In this document: positions 13,401 to 26,622 of the stretch, one piece after another
How the letters are laid out: every line of letters begins with the position of its first letter
How positions within the stretch are numbered: position 1 is the stretch's first letter
Assembly (NCBI GenBank): GCA_964036045.1
Contig: OZ038379.1
Location: 12,090,001-12,154,000 of the forward strand
Reading direction: 5' to 3'
From: Eutreptiella sp. 'Long Island Sound 2002'
Taxonomy: Eukaryota > Protista > Euglenida
DNA length: 64,000 bases
Notes under the pieces: generated by a model
What the model saw: the letters and a program-made list of their open reading frames with translations, nothing else
Database searches by the model: none
What the model was told of the DNA's origin: nothing
Translations under genes and position numbers: made by a program

Positions 13401-16400
13401 GCCCGCAGTGCCGACCCGGACCCTCCCCACTGGAGACCCCCTCAGTATCCGGTGGCTTGCGGCGGTTGAAGTCCACAATTTCGGGTCCAAATCCATGTGT
13501 GGCCCCCCACAAGGACAGTGCCTCAAAGGAATGGGACAGGCGAGGCCAATCAGGGCAATTTTGGTGGGTTCGGGGGTGTGCCGAGGGCATATGAAGAGGG
13601 TCTCGAGGGTGTGCCAAAGGGTGGTCTCGAGGGGATGTTGAGGGAGTGTCAAGGGGGGGTCGGGGGGGGGGGGGGTCGAGGGTTCCGGGACTATGCCGAG
13701 GGTGTCGAAGGTGTCGAGCGCGTGCCGAGGGTGCGTCAAGGGTGTGCCGAGGCAGCCTCCAGGACTTCCGACTGGGCGGTGTGGAAACGACACACCTCAT
13801 CCGCCCGCACTGTGGATGCAATGATGGCCATGAGGCCAGGCTGCCAAATGCTTCCACAGGCCTGGATGAAACTGGCAACGTACGCCCAGAGGGCGGTGGG
13901 CGCCAAGGAGTAGGTCACGAACCCCGCGCCAGTGAAGAAGAGCCCCATGAACAACAAAAAGTTGCTGTTCGGACAGATTTGGGACAGAACCTGGAGACAG
14001 ATAGAGGGAAACCCGGAGAGGCACCCCCACGCTGCATGTCGCGTCGAGTCGGATGGGCCCCCACCACCGGGACCAGCCAACACGGGGATACGGGGCACTC
14101 CTCCCGGGAACGGTGCTACCCGGATGAGGCAGAGGTACCACTGTCGTACCAACTTCCCCCCGTCGGACGCGGTGTGTCGCATGCACCCTCCACACCTTGT
14201 GCCGAGTACGAAGCGACTCGTGCACTGCGCTCTGTGCAACGCACACTGCACTGCACCGAGCGCAGTGCACATCTTGCACATCGCACATTGCACACAGAGC
14301 ACACTGCACACTGCACGCCGCCCTCCCTACACACAGCGCCTTGTGCACTCTACATAGCGTACACCACAAACTGCCTCCTCCGCAGACAATGCACTCTGCA
14401 CTCTGCACATCGCTCACCGAGTACACGACACACTGCACACTGCAGTGTGTAGTGTGCGGTGGCAGAAGCACAAAGACACGCTGGTCAATCCCCTGCCCCC
14501 TGCTGCGTGACATGAGGCCTCAGCAGAGACTTTGTGCGTGCCCCAATCCCGCCATCCGCTGCTCCCTTCGCCGGACTCAATCGGCTGGAGGGGCATCGTG
14601 TTCGTGTCCTGCTTGTATTCAACGCTTTGTGTTGCAACATCCAAGGTCCACTACAGAGGGACGCTCGTTGGGCACCGACCGACCAAACAATATGATGCAC
14701 ATCGCGCAATGCACATCGCACGTTCGGGCCGTCTGCACAGACTGTTATCATGTGGGCCTCGTGGACCCTTCTGCCTGATTCCTGGACCCACGGAGGCCGC
14801 TCATAGACAGACTCGCCCGCCAATGTTTCGCATCTCATGGGCCCCTCTCTTCCCACGCGAGTGCCATTCTCGGCCGGGGGGATCATCAGCGGGCACAACG
14901 GCGAACGAAAAACAAACGGGAACCCCAAGCACCGGAGGAGGGGGGGGGGGGGTTCAGTTTTGGAACCCAACCCCTGCGGCGTTAGCACGGGGTGCGGGGG
15001 GGGAGGGGTCATCTTTTTTCCGCTTTTGGGGCATCTCTGAATCCCCCGTTCCATGCGGAGCATTTCGAGTACACACACAAGTCCGGGGGGGAAGATCCCA
15101 CAGACCAGTCACCGGCCGCCGCACCTTCATCCGCTCCATAGCCCCACGGGCCTGTGCCACGCCCGCACGGGCTGTGGCATGTCTGACACATGCCCCCCCC
15201 CCTTTGGCAGACGTGCTGCTCCCCCGGGGCGTGGGGGGGGATGGGGGGCTCTGGAGGAGGGGTCCCGCCCTGCACGGTCCACCCCCCCCTCTATAGGCCC
15301 CATTTCTTGCAAGGGAGGGGGTGGGGGGGCTGGCCGGCTTGTGCCCACCAACAGCGGCTAGGGTTCTGGTAGGGAACAGGGGGCGCACCTTCAGCAGCAG
15401 CACCGACGCCAACATCTCCACGATGGTGACGAACAGCCAATATGCGTCATAGGCCGAGCCCTCGATGTTGAACATCTGGGCATTGTACAAATCCAAGAAG
15501 TTGTCGCAGCCCGCCACCGTGAACTGCACGAGACTGAGAGCGAGCACGCACCAATGGGGACCAGGACCGGGACTGACGTGGTTGCGGGCAAAACAACGTC
15601 ACCAGCGCACAGGACGGTCCCTCAACTGCCGTCGGTCACCAGCGAAGCGGAGTCGGTTACCCACAAACTGCCGACGGTGCGGTGCCAGGCATCCGTCCGT
15701 GACGTACATACCTCGAAACAGCACCGCGCGCTGCTCCTTTTGAGGTGTGTGGCATGGCGGAGAATTTTCCAAAATGCATTGTTACGTTGGCCGATTGGCC
15801 GTCGTCAAGCCAGTACAGGCCACTGACCTGTAACATAGCCTCGGTCACGGAGCCCCTTTGCCATACAACCCCCCCAAAGACATCCAAAAACCCAAGTGTC
15901 GGGGGCTCGGCGGCGGGGCCCTACCCCCCCCCCCCCCCCCCGGCAAAGGAATGTTTCAGCCCCTCAACCGCCGCAGACCGCTGGCATTCGGGGGGGAGAT
16001 CCCGATCCGCGATGCACCGCAACAAGACTGAGTGCGCACGCGTCTGTCTGATCCGGTGGGACCTCAGAGATGGCAGGCACAAACAGCAGAGCAGCACTGA
16101 AATCGAACGCGAGCGGACTTCGTTCACGTCAGCTACAACACCCAATGCGTTGTCGGTGGAAGCGCCCGTGCCGGGTGCGGTCTTGCAACTTGTGGCCACC
16201 ATTTTCTCGCTCGAGTGGTGCGAACACTTGGCCGTGGTTGTGATGCTTCCCAGCCCCCCGTTCGTTGTCCGCACCCAAGTACACAGCCTTGTAAGGATGA
16301 CGCGCGGCCACAGCGAGCGGCCCGACGCAAGGGCATCGCGCGATAGCAGACCTGTACAGCACGAAGTATCGTCCCAGCTTTCGACGGCCACGGTACAGCC

Positions 16401-19400
16401 ACATGAACACGGCCCAAGGGTTGTTCTCCTTGAAACGGAACGGACGGCGGTTGCCCTTGGGCAGCGACTCTGGCATGAAAAACGACAGACTCAGTGCTAT
16501 GAGGCTGGCCACCGCAGCAATCATGAAATTGTCGTCAGCAGTGATGTAGTCATCGAGCATTCCGTGCAGAAAATACCTGCGGCCAGAGGGCATGGGCAGA
16601 CAAATCCGGAGCGAAATTGCTGCGGCACCCGCGCTCATGGACGGGCGCGACAAAAAATGGAGACCGGCGGGCAAACACATTGCACGTTAGCAGCCACTTC
16701 GGACATGCAAAGCTACAAATCTAGGGGTGCCAACTTTGTGGCGTGGTTCAACGAGGCTGTAGCTCCATGAACAGCACACACAGCACACTGCATACTGCGC
16801 TGGAAGTGGTATCATGTGCTATGCATGCCTGCTGCACGGCACAGCACCATGCGACACAGCACAGCACACCGCGACGTAAGACAGCACGACACAGCACCAG
16901 CACCGCACACTACAGCACAGCACCAGCACCAGCAAAGCAGTGAACAGCACAGCACAGCACCAGCACAGCACCAGCACCAGCACCAGCACCAACACCAGCA
17001 AAGCGCAGCACAGCACACAGCACAGCACCAGCACCAGCACCAGTAAAGCACACAGCACCAGCAAAGCAGAGAACAGAACAGCACAGCACAGCACCAGCAC
17101 AGCACAGCACAGCACAGCACAGCACAGCACTGCACAGCACAGCACAGCACTGCACACAGCACAGCGCAGCGCAGCATAGCACACAGCACAGCACAATACG
17201 ACCCGGATAAAATGTTGGGGACCAGAGGGGGGGGGGGGGGGTTGTGACATACCCCAAGAGGGATCCCGCTGACAGAGATCCCGCCATCACCCCGAACAAG
17301 AGCGCGGTGCGCTCCTCTGGCATGTCCTGTGTGACATCCGCCATGAACGCGTACAAAACGCACTGATCACCCGGCAAGAGGTTGTCCGCGACAAGATAAT
17401 ACCAAAACGGTAGCCTGAGATTGGGAGGCGTGAGGGTTGTAAACAGCTGCGGAGGAATGCAGAGGGTTGAAGAGGGTGGGCGGGCACCGTAGAGGATGAA
17501 AGACGTTTGGTTAGGGGGTGAAGACGGCAGGGATGGCTTGCGAAAGGTTGACGAGGGTCTTTAAAGCCGCGAGGAAAAAATTCCGACCAGAACCACGGAT
17601 TAGAAGAGGGGGAGCCGGGGCGGGAGGGGGAGGGATCTGTGTTTGTCAGCCGTTCTACTACCTGTTTGAGCAGGGGCGTACCTGCGATCATGAGTGGCGA
17701 TACCCCGGAAGGTGCCAGACACAAAAAACAATGTGCCAGAGTCATGTGCCTCCAAATGAACCAGTTCCTGGAAAGGCCCGGAGGCGCCTGGCACCCATAG
17801 CCAACACCCACTGCCCAGACCCCCGTTCTGGCCTGCCCGCCTAAGCGTTTCACTGGAGTTGGCCACAGGGAACCCCAGTACGACAGGGTCTTAGCAGGCC
17901 CCGCTGCATAGACCATTCCCTACCGCCCCATGCACCACACATGCACCATTCCATGGCGAGCAGCCGATGGAGGTAAGGCGGGCATACTTCAGGAACAGAC
18001 ACACGTTGGGAATGGTGACCGCCACCATCTCCAGAATTATAATGGGGTACCGCCCCACGGCATCCGAGATCCCCGCCATGATGGGGGCCGTCAGGAACAC
18101 CACCATCACATTGCCTGTGTTGAAGTACCCGGTCATAGCAGCAGCCCTTGGGGCTGAACCGAAGAATTCCTGCGCAACGGGCACCTGGTGTGAGTCTGCG
18201 TCTCCCATGCGAATGGAAGATGGACGTGCGCCAGGCGTGCGGGAACAAAGCAAAAAAGAGGCGAGTCTGTGGGGGGGAGCACAAAGCAACGGATACTTGG
18301 CGACCCACGTCCGTTCATTGCCTCAAACCAGCGCCGAATGTTGCCTTGAGTTCGCTGGGTTTGACCATCGAATGTTTCTTGGGCTGGCTGGGATCAGCTC
18401 GTCCCCTGCCCATGGATCCGGTCATTTGTCGTTTATGAAGCGGTGAGCGCAAGCAACACTTGCCTCACTATCAGAACCCGAATCACGGTTCTCACCCGGA
18501 AATTGCGAGTTGCTGGCAACTCTGTAGAACTGGAGTCAGCAATCATATTGGCATCACGAATGTCATCCATCTCTTCCGAGCCCAACGCTTCCCAAATGCC
18601 CCTGACCTCCCTATCGCGCAGCACATCATGAAAGGCTTGTGCCGACCAACCCCCTGACTGCCCCCTCATCCGCCCGTTCATGACCTTGCGCTCCCATGTG
18701 TGACGGCACCCACTGCACTGCCACACTGTCATCGAGGAGCTGCCACTGGCCCCACAACTCTTCCTACAGATCAACATGTGCCAGCGGCCCCCTTGACCCG
18801 ACCCATCCCTGCCGCTGCCACTTACCACACTTGCCTTGCAAACCCACAAACAACTGTGCACTGTCTGTCACCAAATGCAGCTGAACGCCTGGTTGTTTCT
18901 TAGTCAGGGGCAACACAGCATCCAACAACGCACCAACTCCTATTGGCTGGCCTCAGTACTGACAGCATGTGCCCAGGCTTGACAGATAGGTTCAGTTGTG
19001 TTCCCAGTAGCATGGCCGGGCACATCTGCCATTGGCAGACCTTTCACACATGGGGGCAGACGCAAAGGAAATCTCATGTCATACTTACAAGCACTGGGAC
19101 CGTCCTGCTCCCCGCATTAACCCTTGCTTCCGCTCTGCTCTGTGCTATTATGAGTGTTCCTGTGAGGCACACCTCCCTCAAATCCAACTTGGCGGACTCT
19201 CGGAAATCAATGGAGAACTGGTACAACAGCAGGATGGTGCAAAGCAGCACTGTGCCCCGGAGGTGGGAGGGCTTCATCTTCATCTCCGTTTCGGAATCTT
19301 CCCGGCGGAGGCTCTTGCTGCTAGAGTCTTCTGGCAATGCGATGGTGACTGAAGCCCGCATTGGATCTGGAACCACCGCCGGCTGTGGGTTATCATCCTC

Positions 19401-19403
19401 CAT
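7479..19403 (-). CDS. Major facilitator superfamily transporter, TetA/DHA1-MFSD14(HIAT1)-like, 8 exons, ~546 aa
   Basis: Exons with GT-AG boundaries and matching phases: 19173-19403, 17988-18169, 17253-17414, 16352-16576, 15389-15533, 13796-13990, 10826-10945, 7479-7859 (1641 nt, open to TGA). Motifs: motif A AGISDAVGRYP, YAFMADVT..ER..LFG, MPESLP, STVRADE|EGAVQGALASVSSL..GAP. The last acceptor needs the distal AG of CAGAG. Confidence 0.9.
7881..8333. mobile_element. MITE (CAAGG...CCTTG family) with a nested retroposon
   Basis: Imperfect TIRs CAGGGAAGTATTGGAA (7881) and TTCTAATACTTCCCTTG (8317-8333). Body is similar to 11557-11728. Confidence 0.65.
7914..8136 (-). mobile_element. Short 5'-truncated retroposon, longest copy (~223 bp)
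   Basis: Flanked by the duplication AACTTT+G-run (7895-7913 and 8137-8158). The first ~130 bp on the plus strand differ from 36391-36522 at about 3 positions. Confidence 0.75.
8590..9015. repeat. Degenerate ~30-bp minisatellite (GTGTGGTCACACACAGTGG.. core)
   Basis: Recurrent GTGGTCACACA/CAGCGGGA/ATGCACAA motifs. Confidence 0.6.
10430..10525. repeat. (ATGGGGGGAA)n purine satellite within an interspersed repeat; related array at ~31810-32030
   Basis: Tandem 9-10 bp units read directly. Confidence 0.8.
11557..11728. mobile_element. hAT-type MITE with 8-bp TSD
   Basis: TIRs CAAGGCTGTATTAGAA and TTCTAATATGCCCTTG. Perfect TSD GGGCAGGC at 11549-11556 and 11729-11736. Confidence 0.8.
11750..13130 (-). 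mobile_element. Degenerate non-LTR retrotransposon 3' part (zf-RVT/CCHC domain) in MFS intron 6
   Basis: NLPTIMVL...CTQCLLCGSSPETARHLWECP (~12340-12470) is a typical LINE C-terminal Cx2C...ET..H...C motif. Contains stops and frameshifts; (CACCA)n tracts nearby. Confidence 0.75.
14200..14460. repeat. Low-complexity GCACTGCACAC-type repeat
   Basis: Degenerate CACTG/GCACA units. Confidence 0.6.
16780..17195. repeat. (CAGCA/CACAG)n satellite in MFS intron 3
   Basis: Long run of 5-6 bp units; it generates spurious Cys-rich and Gln-His-rich ORFs. Confidence 0.9.
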
Positions 19404-20399
19404 GGAGAAAAAAAATGGTGCTTCACAAAGCATAGAAAATGTGTGCCCCACATTCCACGGCACGGGAACCTCTGATCCCGCGAGCATCATCAATCTGTAA
19501 ATCGCATCCGGGGTGGGCACCTGCTCCCTCGGTCCGCTGGCTGCCATTCAAAGCACAGAGACGTCAATATGACCAGGCAAAACAACCCCTCACCCCTTTT
19601 GCACAAACAACAGCAAAGGCACTGCAGGTCGTGGAAACGAGCCCTCGTGCTGTTTGGACAAGGGCGTCGGCCGTGCATGACGCCTCCACTGGGCTGGGCT
19701 ACAAGACCTGGGCGGCTTGTAGTGTTGAAGAACATCATTTTGACATCTCTGGTGTGAAACAAAACGTCATAGCAAACCAGCATGGTCAGGGCAGCAGAAC
19801 TGTCTTGGCGCCAGCTTTGGCCTTTACTGGATGTACATGACCTTACAGCCGTCAGGGGTCATGTTGAGGTGGATGCACCCAACAGCAGCCAGCATCCTCT
19901 CCCCAGTGGATCACGTATCTGCCATCAGACGAAAGGACGCATACCCAACAAAATGCTACATGTCCACCTCATCAAACGGGAAACAGACGCTTCAATGTGA
20001 AGGATGGTGCGCTTCAACCTGCTGTTCATGTATGGGATAAGGTGACCACTGTTGTGTGCGTCTTGCTTCGCACTGGATTTTGGAGCCGTCTGGGGGCCCT
20101 CCAGGCCCTTTTCTCTACTGGCGCCTTTTACTTTGCATGTTCATGTGCAATACTTGCTGTTGGAAATCTGCAACAGTGGCCGATTTATTGCATAGGAGCA
20201 AGTCCTCGGTGTGCTTACACATTTAGGGGCTGCAGCTCGGCTCATGCGCCTGGGTTTGCCTAGGAGTACACTTAATCCCAGTGGGGCTGCAGTGGCGCAA
20301 AATAAATGCCTCTCATGCACGCACTCATGGCCCAACATGTCCAAGAGGGGGGGAGGGGTTGCTTGGATGAACCAATCCATCTCATGCAGGATGTCCTCA

Positions 20400-21524
20400 T
20401 GGTTCCTCCTTGGAGAGTCACATTGTTTCCTTGCCTTGGCCCATCGCATCATGTGAGTGGTCCAGAGCTTTGAACTTGGTTGTTGGGCCACCCCAGAACG
20501 GGGTTGGTTATGGGTTCTGGCGGTGTTGTTGGGATCGCCAGATTGGTGGCCTGGATCGTGATTCCTGTGTGGTCTCCCCCTTAGGCCAAATAATGGGCCT
20601 GGTAGTCCACAGGGTCACTAATTGCTCATACCATGGGAGACAGGAGGATTGCATCAAAGTTGTCTGCCATGCCGTGTCCCTACGGTCACATGATGTAGTT
20701 GGAAAGCCGGGTCGACGAGGGTGCTTGACTGTAACCGATGGTGCCACCACCACCTTGGTCCTGTTGTTTTGGGCTATACCGTGTCGGTATATTCCCCCTT
20801 GAATACCTCTATGTCACTCCATTGTCCCAACCAGTCGTCCATGACTCTCCATTTCCTGTCAGGAAATCACTACTGTCGAAGTAGGGATTTTACGACGCGT
20901 CGGGCCCCGACACCTCCCGACGCGTCGTACATCCCCGACGCGTCGGGCCCCGACACCTTGTACGACACTGTACGACGCGTCGTACATCCCCGACGCGTCG
21001 GGCCCCGACACCTTGTACGACACAGTACGACGCGTCGTACAGTGTCGTACGACGCTTGTACGACACTGTACGACACTGTACGACACTGTACGACACTGTA
21101 CGACGCGTCGTACAGTGTCGTACGACGCTGGTACGACACAGTACGACACAGTACGACACAGTACGACACAGTACGACACAGTACGACACAGTACGACACA
21201 GTACGACACAGTACGACACAGTACGACACAGTACAACACAGTACGACACTGTACGACACAGTACGACACAGTACGACACAGTACGACACAGTACGACGCG
21301 TCGTACAGTGTCGTACGACATATATATGTATATATATGTATGTATGTATACACTGTACGACACAGTACGACACAGTACGACACAGTACGACACAGTACGA
21401 CACAGTACGACACAGTACTACACTGTACGACACAGTACGACACAGTACGACACAGTACGACACAGTACGACGCGTCGTACAGTGTCGTACGACATATATA
21501 TGTATATATATGTATGTATGTATG

Positions 21525-21562
<38 letters not shown>

Positions 21563-22730
21563 TATATACACTGTAGACTAATTGTAGACACTGTCGGCAT
21601 GTTGTAGACGCGAAGTGCCAATATTTGGCTTCCCCCAAAACGGTCCGCTGCCATCGTTTACCCGCACAGAGGGGGTGGGCGGTCTGGGGTCTGTAGACAC
21701 TGTGCACCACAAGTAGACGCGGCCTGCTAATTGTAGACACTGTCGGCATGTTGTAGACGCGAAGTGCCAATATTTGGGAAGGGGGCCGAAGGCCCCCTTC
21801 CCCCAAAACGGTCCGCTGCAATCGTTTACCCGCATATAGGGGGTGGGCGGTCTGGGGTCTGTAGACACTGTGCACCACAGGTAGATGCGGCCTGCTAATT
21901 GTAGACATTGTCGGCATGTTGTAGACGCGAAGTGCCAATATTTGAGGTTTCCCCTTTTGGACTGTTTTGACCAAAATGGAAACGCATTTGGACCCATTTT
22001 GCCCCGTTCTGACCAATCTGTTTTTTTTTCCATTTACATGTGTTTATATGTCTACATATGTATATGTCTGTGTGTGACGTACCGTGTCGTACTGTGTCGT
22101 ACTGTGTCGCACTGTGTCGTACTGTGTCGTACTGTGTCGTACTGTGTCGTACTGTGTCGTACTGTGTCGTACTGTGTGGTACTGTGTCGTACTGTGTCGT
22201 ACTGTGTCGTACTGTGTCGTACTGTGTCGTACTGTGTCGTACCGTGTCGTACTGTGTCGTACAGTGTCGGTGCTGTACGACACCTTGTACGACACTGTAC
22301 GACGCGTCGTACATCCCCGACGCGTCGGGCCCCGACGCCTTGTACGACACTGTACGACGCGTCGTACGCTCCCGACGCGTCGGGCCCCGACACCTTGTAC
22401 GACGCCCCGACGCGTCGTACAGTGCATTTCCGACAGCACTCCAGGAAATGGACTATCCGTTAGTATGGTGATGCACAATGGCGCATAAGGCAGACTCCAG
22501 CAGCTATGGCCCAAGGGTTATTGGTGGGGAGTAGTTGGACGTATTTGGATATGGAGTCGTGCACCAGCATGATGACGTCGCTTGATTGGTGGGTGTGGAA
22601 ACGTGGGAAAAAGTCTCGGACTGGCCATGCTGTGAGTGCCATGTGGTTGGCTCCTCTCTGAAATCCGACTTCCTGTAGCACGATCAGTTGGGGGATTGTT
22701 GCATGATTTCCTGGAGTATGGCAGTCCACA
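20400..22730 (-). mobile_element. Degenerate LINE apurinic-endonuclease region, split by the insertion at 20868-22441
   Basis: LIVLQEVG (~22670) is upstream; D.ILLS and GGDHTGITI (~20550-20680) are downstream. Removing the insert and one TSD restores TDSPFP-DRKWRVMDDWLGQW. The element probably extends to ~24550 and ~19900, but its limits are unclear. Confidence 0.7.
20868..22441. mobile_element. Non-autonomous palindrome-built foldback element with 8-bp TSD
   Basis: TSD CAGGAAAT at 20860-20867 and 22442-22449. Imperfect termini CACTACTGTCGAA and (reverse complement) GAGTGCTGTCGGA. (GTACGACACA)n on + (~21130-21470) and inverted (~22080-22260), many GTACGACGCGTCGTAC palindromes, central ~150-170 bp units at 21578, 21727 and 21895. 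Confidence 0.85.
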
Positions 22731-24516
22731 GGTTCCTAGGCTGTGTACTACTGGGTCAGGCCATTGAAGACTTGATGACAACATTTTCCGTGAGGCTGCT
22801 GCCCAATTCTGTTTGGTATTATGTGCTCATCAATGTGTATCCCTCTGCTATCCTCCATTACACATTTTCCACCCCCACAAAAGATAGTTCCTGGCAAGCT
22901 TACCCCCGACACAAACCCAATGGAGTTGGCCCCATGTTTAACGTGCCGTAGGACATGTATTGGGGGTGGTGGGGCTAGGGTTGGGATGCACATCATGACT
23001 GAGTGTGAGGATCCTGTCGCCAACGTCCTACAAGGCCAGGTGTTTCGGTACGTCATTGCTTGACAAGATATATGTCCAGCCTTCATGTCCCAGATGAGGT
23101 TTCTCACAGAAATTTTCCATTGGCATTTTCTGCTCACTCCACACTCTCAGGTATGGGCTCACCCTGAGCACCTGGTCACAAGCGCACGAACTAAGCCCTC
23201 TATGCCTCAATTCCTGTGGAAGATAGAGACCCCGTGATGCGCCTGAAGGCACCCAAAGCACGGAGAAAAGGTAACAGTGGTCCATTCAAAGGAGTACTGA
23301 GGTCGGCGAAGCGATGTCCCACCTCTGGACCGCTGGGAGCCCAGCACCACAACTGCCACTATGAAAAAGATGATGCTCCCGGTTTGGGAATCACATTCAC
23401 ATGGCCCATTACTGAGCGGATAAACACATACAGTCTGCCTTGTGGCAGCCAGCCTCTGGGAAGCCACACAGGCAGACACACATGCGGACAAGCAAAAGCG
23501 TGCGACACGATAGCCCCGACAGCAGGGTGCCAGGAGGCAATGATGCAGCTGGCCTCCACAGGGGATGCAAGGGGTTTAGAGCCCCTCGGTTGGTGGGCAG
23601 ACACAGAGAACGGAGGCTCTCCCAAACCGAGGACCGTGGGTGGAGAAAGTGAAGGGAGCGATGACTGTTGCGATGCGCCTCATCAGCAGACATCACACGG
23701 CACAGCATCCAAATGAGGGCGTTGGGCCAGTCAACAACGGCGATCGGTCAGTCATTCACACCCCTGACCATGACCTGATAATGAGCAGCACTGAATTCCC
23801 GGCAGTTGGCAGTCGGTGCTGCATCAACCCGATTGGTCCATTAACCTCCGGTGGTTGGCGGGTAACCGCCGGCCCGAAGGGCGGTGGGGAACGTCCGTAC
23901 TACCCCCCCAAAAAAAATCACGTCGCTAGGGAAAGTCCTGCCCAAAACGACATTTTTTTTCATCAACATGCCCAAGTGGCGACGATTACAAGAACCAGAG
24001 TGAAGTAGCATTGACAGAAGCCGAACCTTTCATCAACAATCGGCCAATTGCCCGGACACAACCTCCCAACGAAGCCATTCCGATGGTCAAAAACGTTGAG
24101 CTCTGGCACACTTGGACACCAAGGCTCGCATTTTAGAGGGGGGTGATTGTTCCAGAAAGGCTGGGTGGTTGCCGTACAGCCGGTGCCCAGCAGATTGTCT
24201 TTGGTGTGACCTCCCTATTGGTCGAGTTCCTTTGTGTCTATCGGGAATGGGTGAGGGAAAGTGCAGGCGCCTGGGTCAGAGCGGAATGTTGGTCTCATTG
24301 CTCACCATTGCAGCATCACTCCCCTGGCAGCGTGACGTGGTCAACTGTTCTCAGGGTCACACTTTTGTCATCAGACTGGACGGCCAGAGCCCAGAAAAGG
24401 CGGGGCTAGAACCAAATGGGAGGCGGGGGGTTGGTGTAGTTCTGGAACCCAAAACCTGCAGCTTGTGTGGCTCAGAGGTGGGGGTTGGGGTCACATTTTT
24501 CTGGTTGCTGTTGTTA

Positions 24517-24551
<35 letters not shown>

Positions 24552-26622
24552 TTCTGTTTGGCATACCGATTCCCGGCCGATTTCTGAGCATTTGTACTAC
24601 GCAGAAATTGGGGGGTAAAGAAATGTTGGGCACCCACCAGAACTGGAAAAAAAGAAGATTTTTGGGGGTGGGTATTTGGATTCCCAATTAAAGCATGTGA
24701 GCATGTGAGCTGTACATAAGTGCAGGTGAATTTGTGAATTCTCGGAAAATTTCGAAAAATTTGAAAAATGGGTTGTATAGAAAGAACTGGTGCTCCTGAT
24801 GAGAGCAGCTTTGGGCGTCTGCCGAGGGGAAGCGGGGGTCCCAGGTCCACAGTCCCCCCCTGAGCAATTGCAAAGCGGTCCATCGTAACGTGCACTACCG
24901 CAATCACCCCCCCCCGCGCGGCTGAGCCTCTCCACTCCGTGACAGAGCCCTGAGACCGGTTGGCCCGCCGGGTCTGCAAGAACACCTCCCATGCCCACGC
25001 ACGCGAACTGCGCATGTGCCGTCGCCGTCTCCCCGCGCAGTGCCCATGCAGACCACTGCATACCTGCGCACGGCTGCGGCGTTGGCTGAAGGTCCGTGAG
25101 CAACCGCCCATCCGTCACGTCAAAGCGCGGCGATAGACCTCATCCTTCAGTGTTGCGGAAGAAAGGGATCCCGACCCGCCAGAGGCCAGGACTTTCTTGG
25201 ATGAGGAAACCACCCGATCGTGTTCCATTACCTTGCAGTCCAAAGCTGGTCTACGTCCCAGGCGGGTCCCAGGGGCCCGAACGAGTACAAGGAACTGCAA
25301 TATCATAGAAAACCCTCGGGCAACTGCCAACAACCGTCGACTGGCCATCGAATGACCGTCAACCGTCGGCGGTTGGCGGTAAAGTCTCGGCGGCCGGGGG
25401 TTAACCGTCGGCGGTTGGGGCCAGCACCTGGCAGCCGCCCGCCAGCGGCTGCGGCGGTTGGCGGCGAACCGCTGGCGGCAGTCCCGAACCGTCCACAGCA
25501 ACAGACGAAACCCAGACTCAGAAGAGATCCCCTGGATGGCCTTGAGCCACAGGCACTGTCTGACTGTGCCCCCATATATAACCGAACACGCTGGCAGAGC
25601 ACAGGGTGCCGTGCACAATGCACACCGCAGTCGCATGCTGAATGGCAGGGGCACCATGCACTACCCCCCCATGCCCCCACCCCCACCCCCCGTAACCCCC
25701 CAGATCGCACAGTCCACTGCGTGTCCCTCATGCAAACAACCAACCCCAAAGTGCATCTTGGTTCAACACACCCCATCGACAGCCCAAGGGACCCCATGCT
25801 GCTGGCTGCAAACCCCCCAATCCCCTGGCCCAGGGGTGGGGCTGGGGGTTGGGGGTTGGGGGTGTACAAAGGTCAAGGAAACTGAACGAAATGGACCATT
25901 CCATCCTCCTGGTGCGGTGCGCTTGGTGAACATGGGGCAGCAACACAGCATGCGGGCTGCCTGCGGTGCATCAGACCTGCGGGTGGGATGCGTGCCATCC
26001 GCGCGCGCCCTGCGCGCCAGTACGCCCCCCCCCCCCCCGGCCCGGGATCTTTGCCGTGACTCTTTGTGCGGACCGGATCCGCAGGCAGACTCATGCGGGG
26101 GTGCCGCTGTTGTCTTGGGTCGGCTGGTGCAGTGTCTCCGGACGAAGGCCTGCAGGTGCGGCACGTGGGCACTGGCAGCCGCCCGGCAGGCGGTTTGAGG
26201 TGAGGGCTCGGGCCGTTGCCCTCGTCGTGCCCGGTGCACCGTCGTGTTCCTGTGCCGTCCCACAGCGCCCCTGCGATGCCACCCTCCGACTCACGCAGCC
26301 CGACCGGTCGTACCGGCGCACGCGACGGGCCCCCACACATGACTGCATCCTGATGGCTCCCTCCCGGGCCTCGTGCATCGGGGGGGGCCTCAGCGGGACA
26401 GCACCCTCTCCCCAGTCGCCATTGCACCCGATGCGACGTGGTGCGTGGGGGTGACCACTTCAGCTTGAGGCCAGTCCCGGAGGTTACCCGGCGAAAACGG
26501 GGAAGCGATACGCAGCAGCAGGCGCCAAGGCGAAGGGCTTCCCCCGCCACCAACACAACCGCACCCCCATGGCACTGCAGTCAGGTCACGTGTCGACGCC
26601 CACGGCGCTCAGGCCGCCGCCG

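Noticed and set aside
15745-16770. 341-aa plus-strand ORF
   Set aside because: Antisense to MFS exon 4 plus intron sequence; no protein features.
16780-17250. Cys-rich and Gln/His-rich ORFs
   Set aside because: Products of the (CAGCA)n satellite in an intron.
17654-17770. Exon-like AG..GT segment inside MFS intron 2
   Set aside because: Exons 2 and 3 join in phase and give continuous MFS sequence; this segment would shift the frame.
20859-22514. Long ORFs (up to 385 aa) of TTQYDTVRHS / VVLCRTVSYC
   Set aside because: These are translations of the 10-bp array, which lacks stops in most frames.
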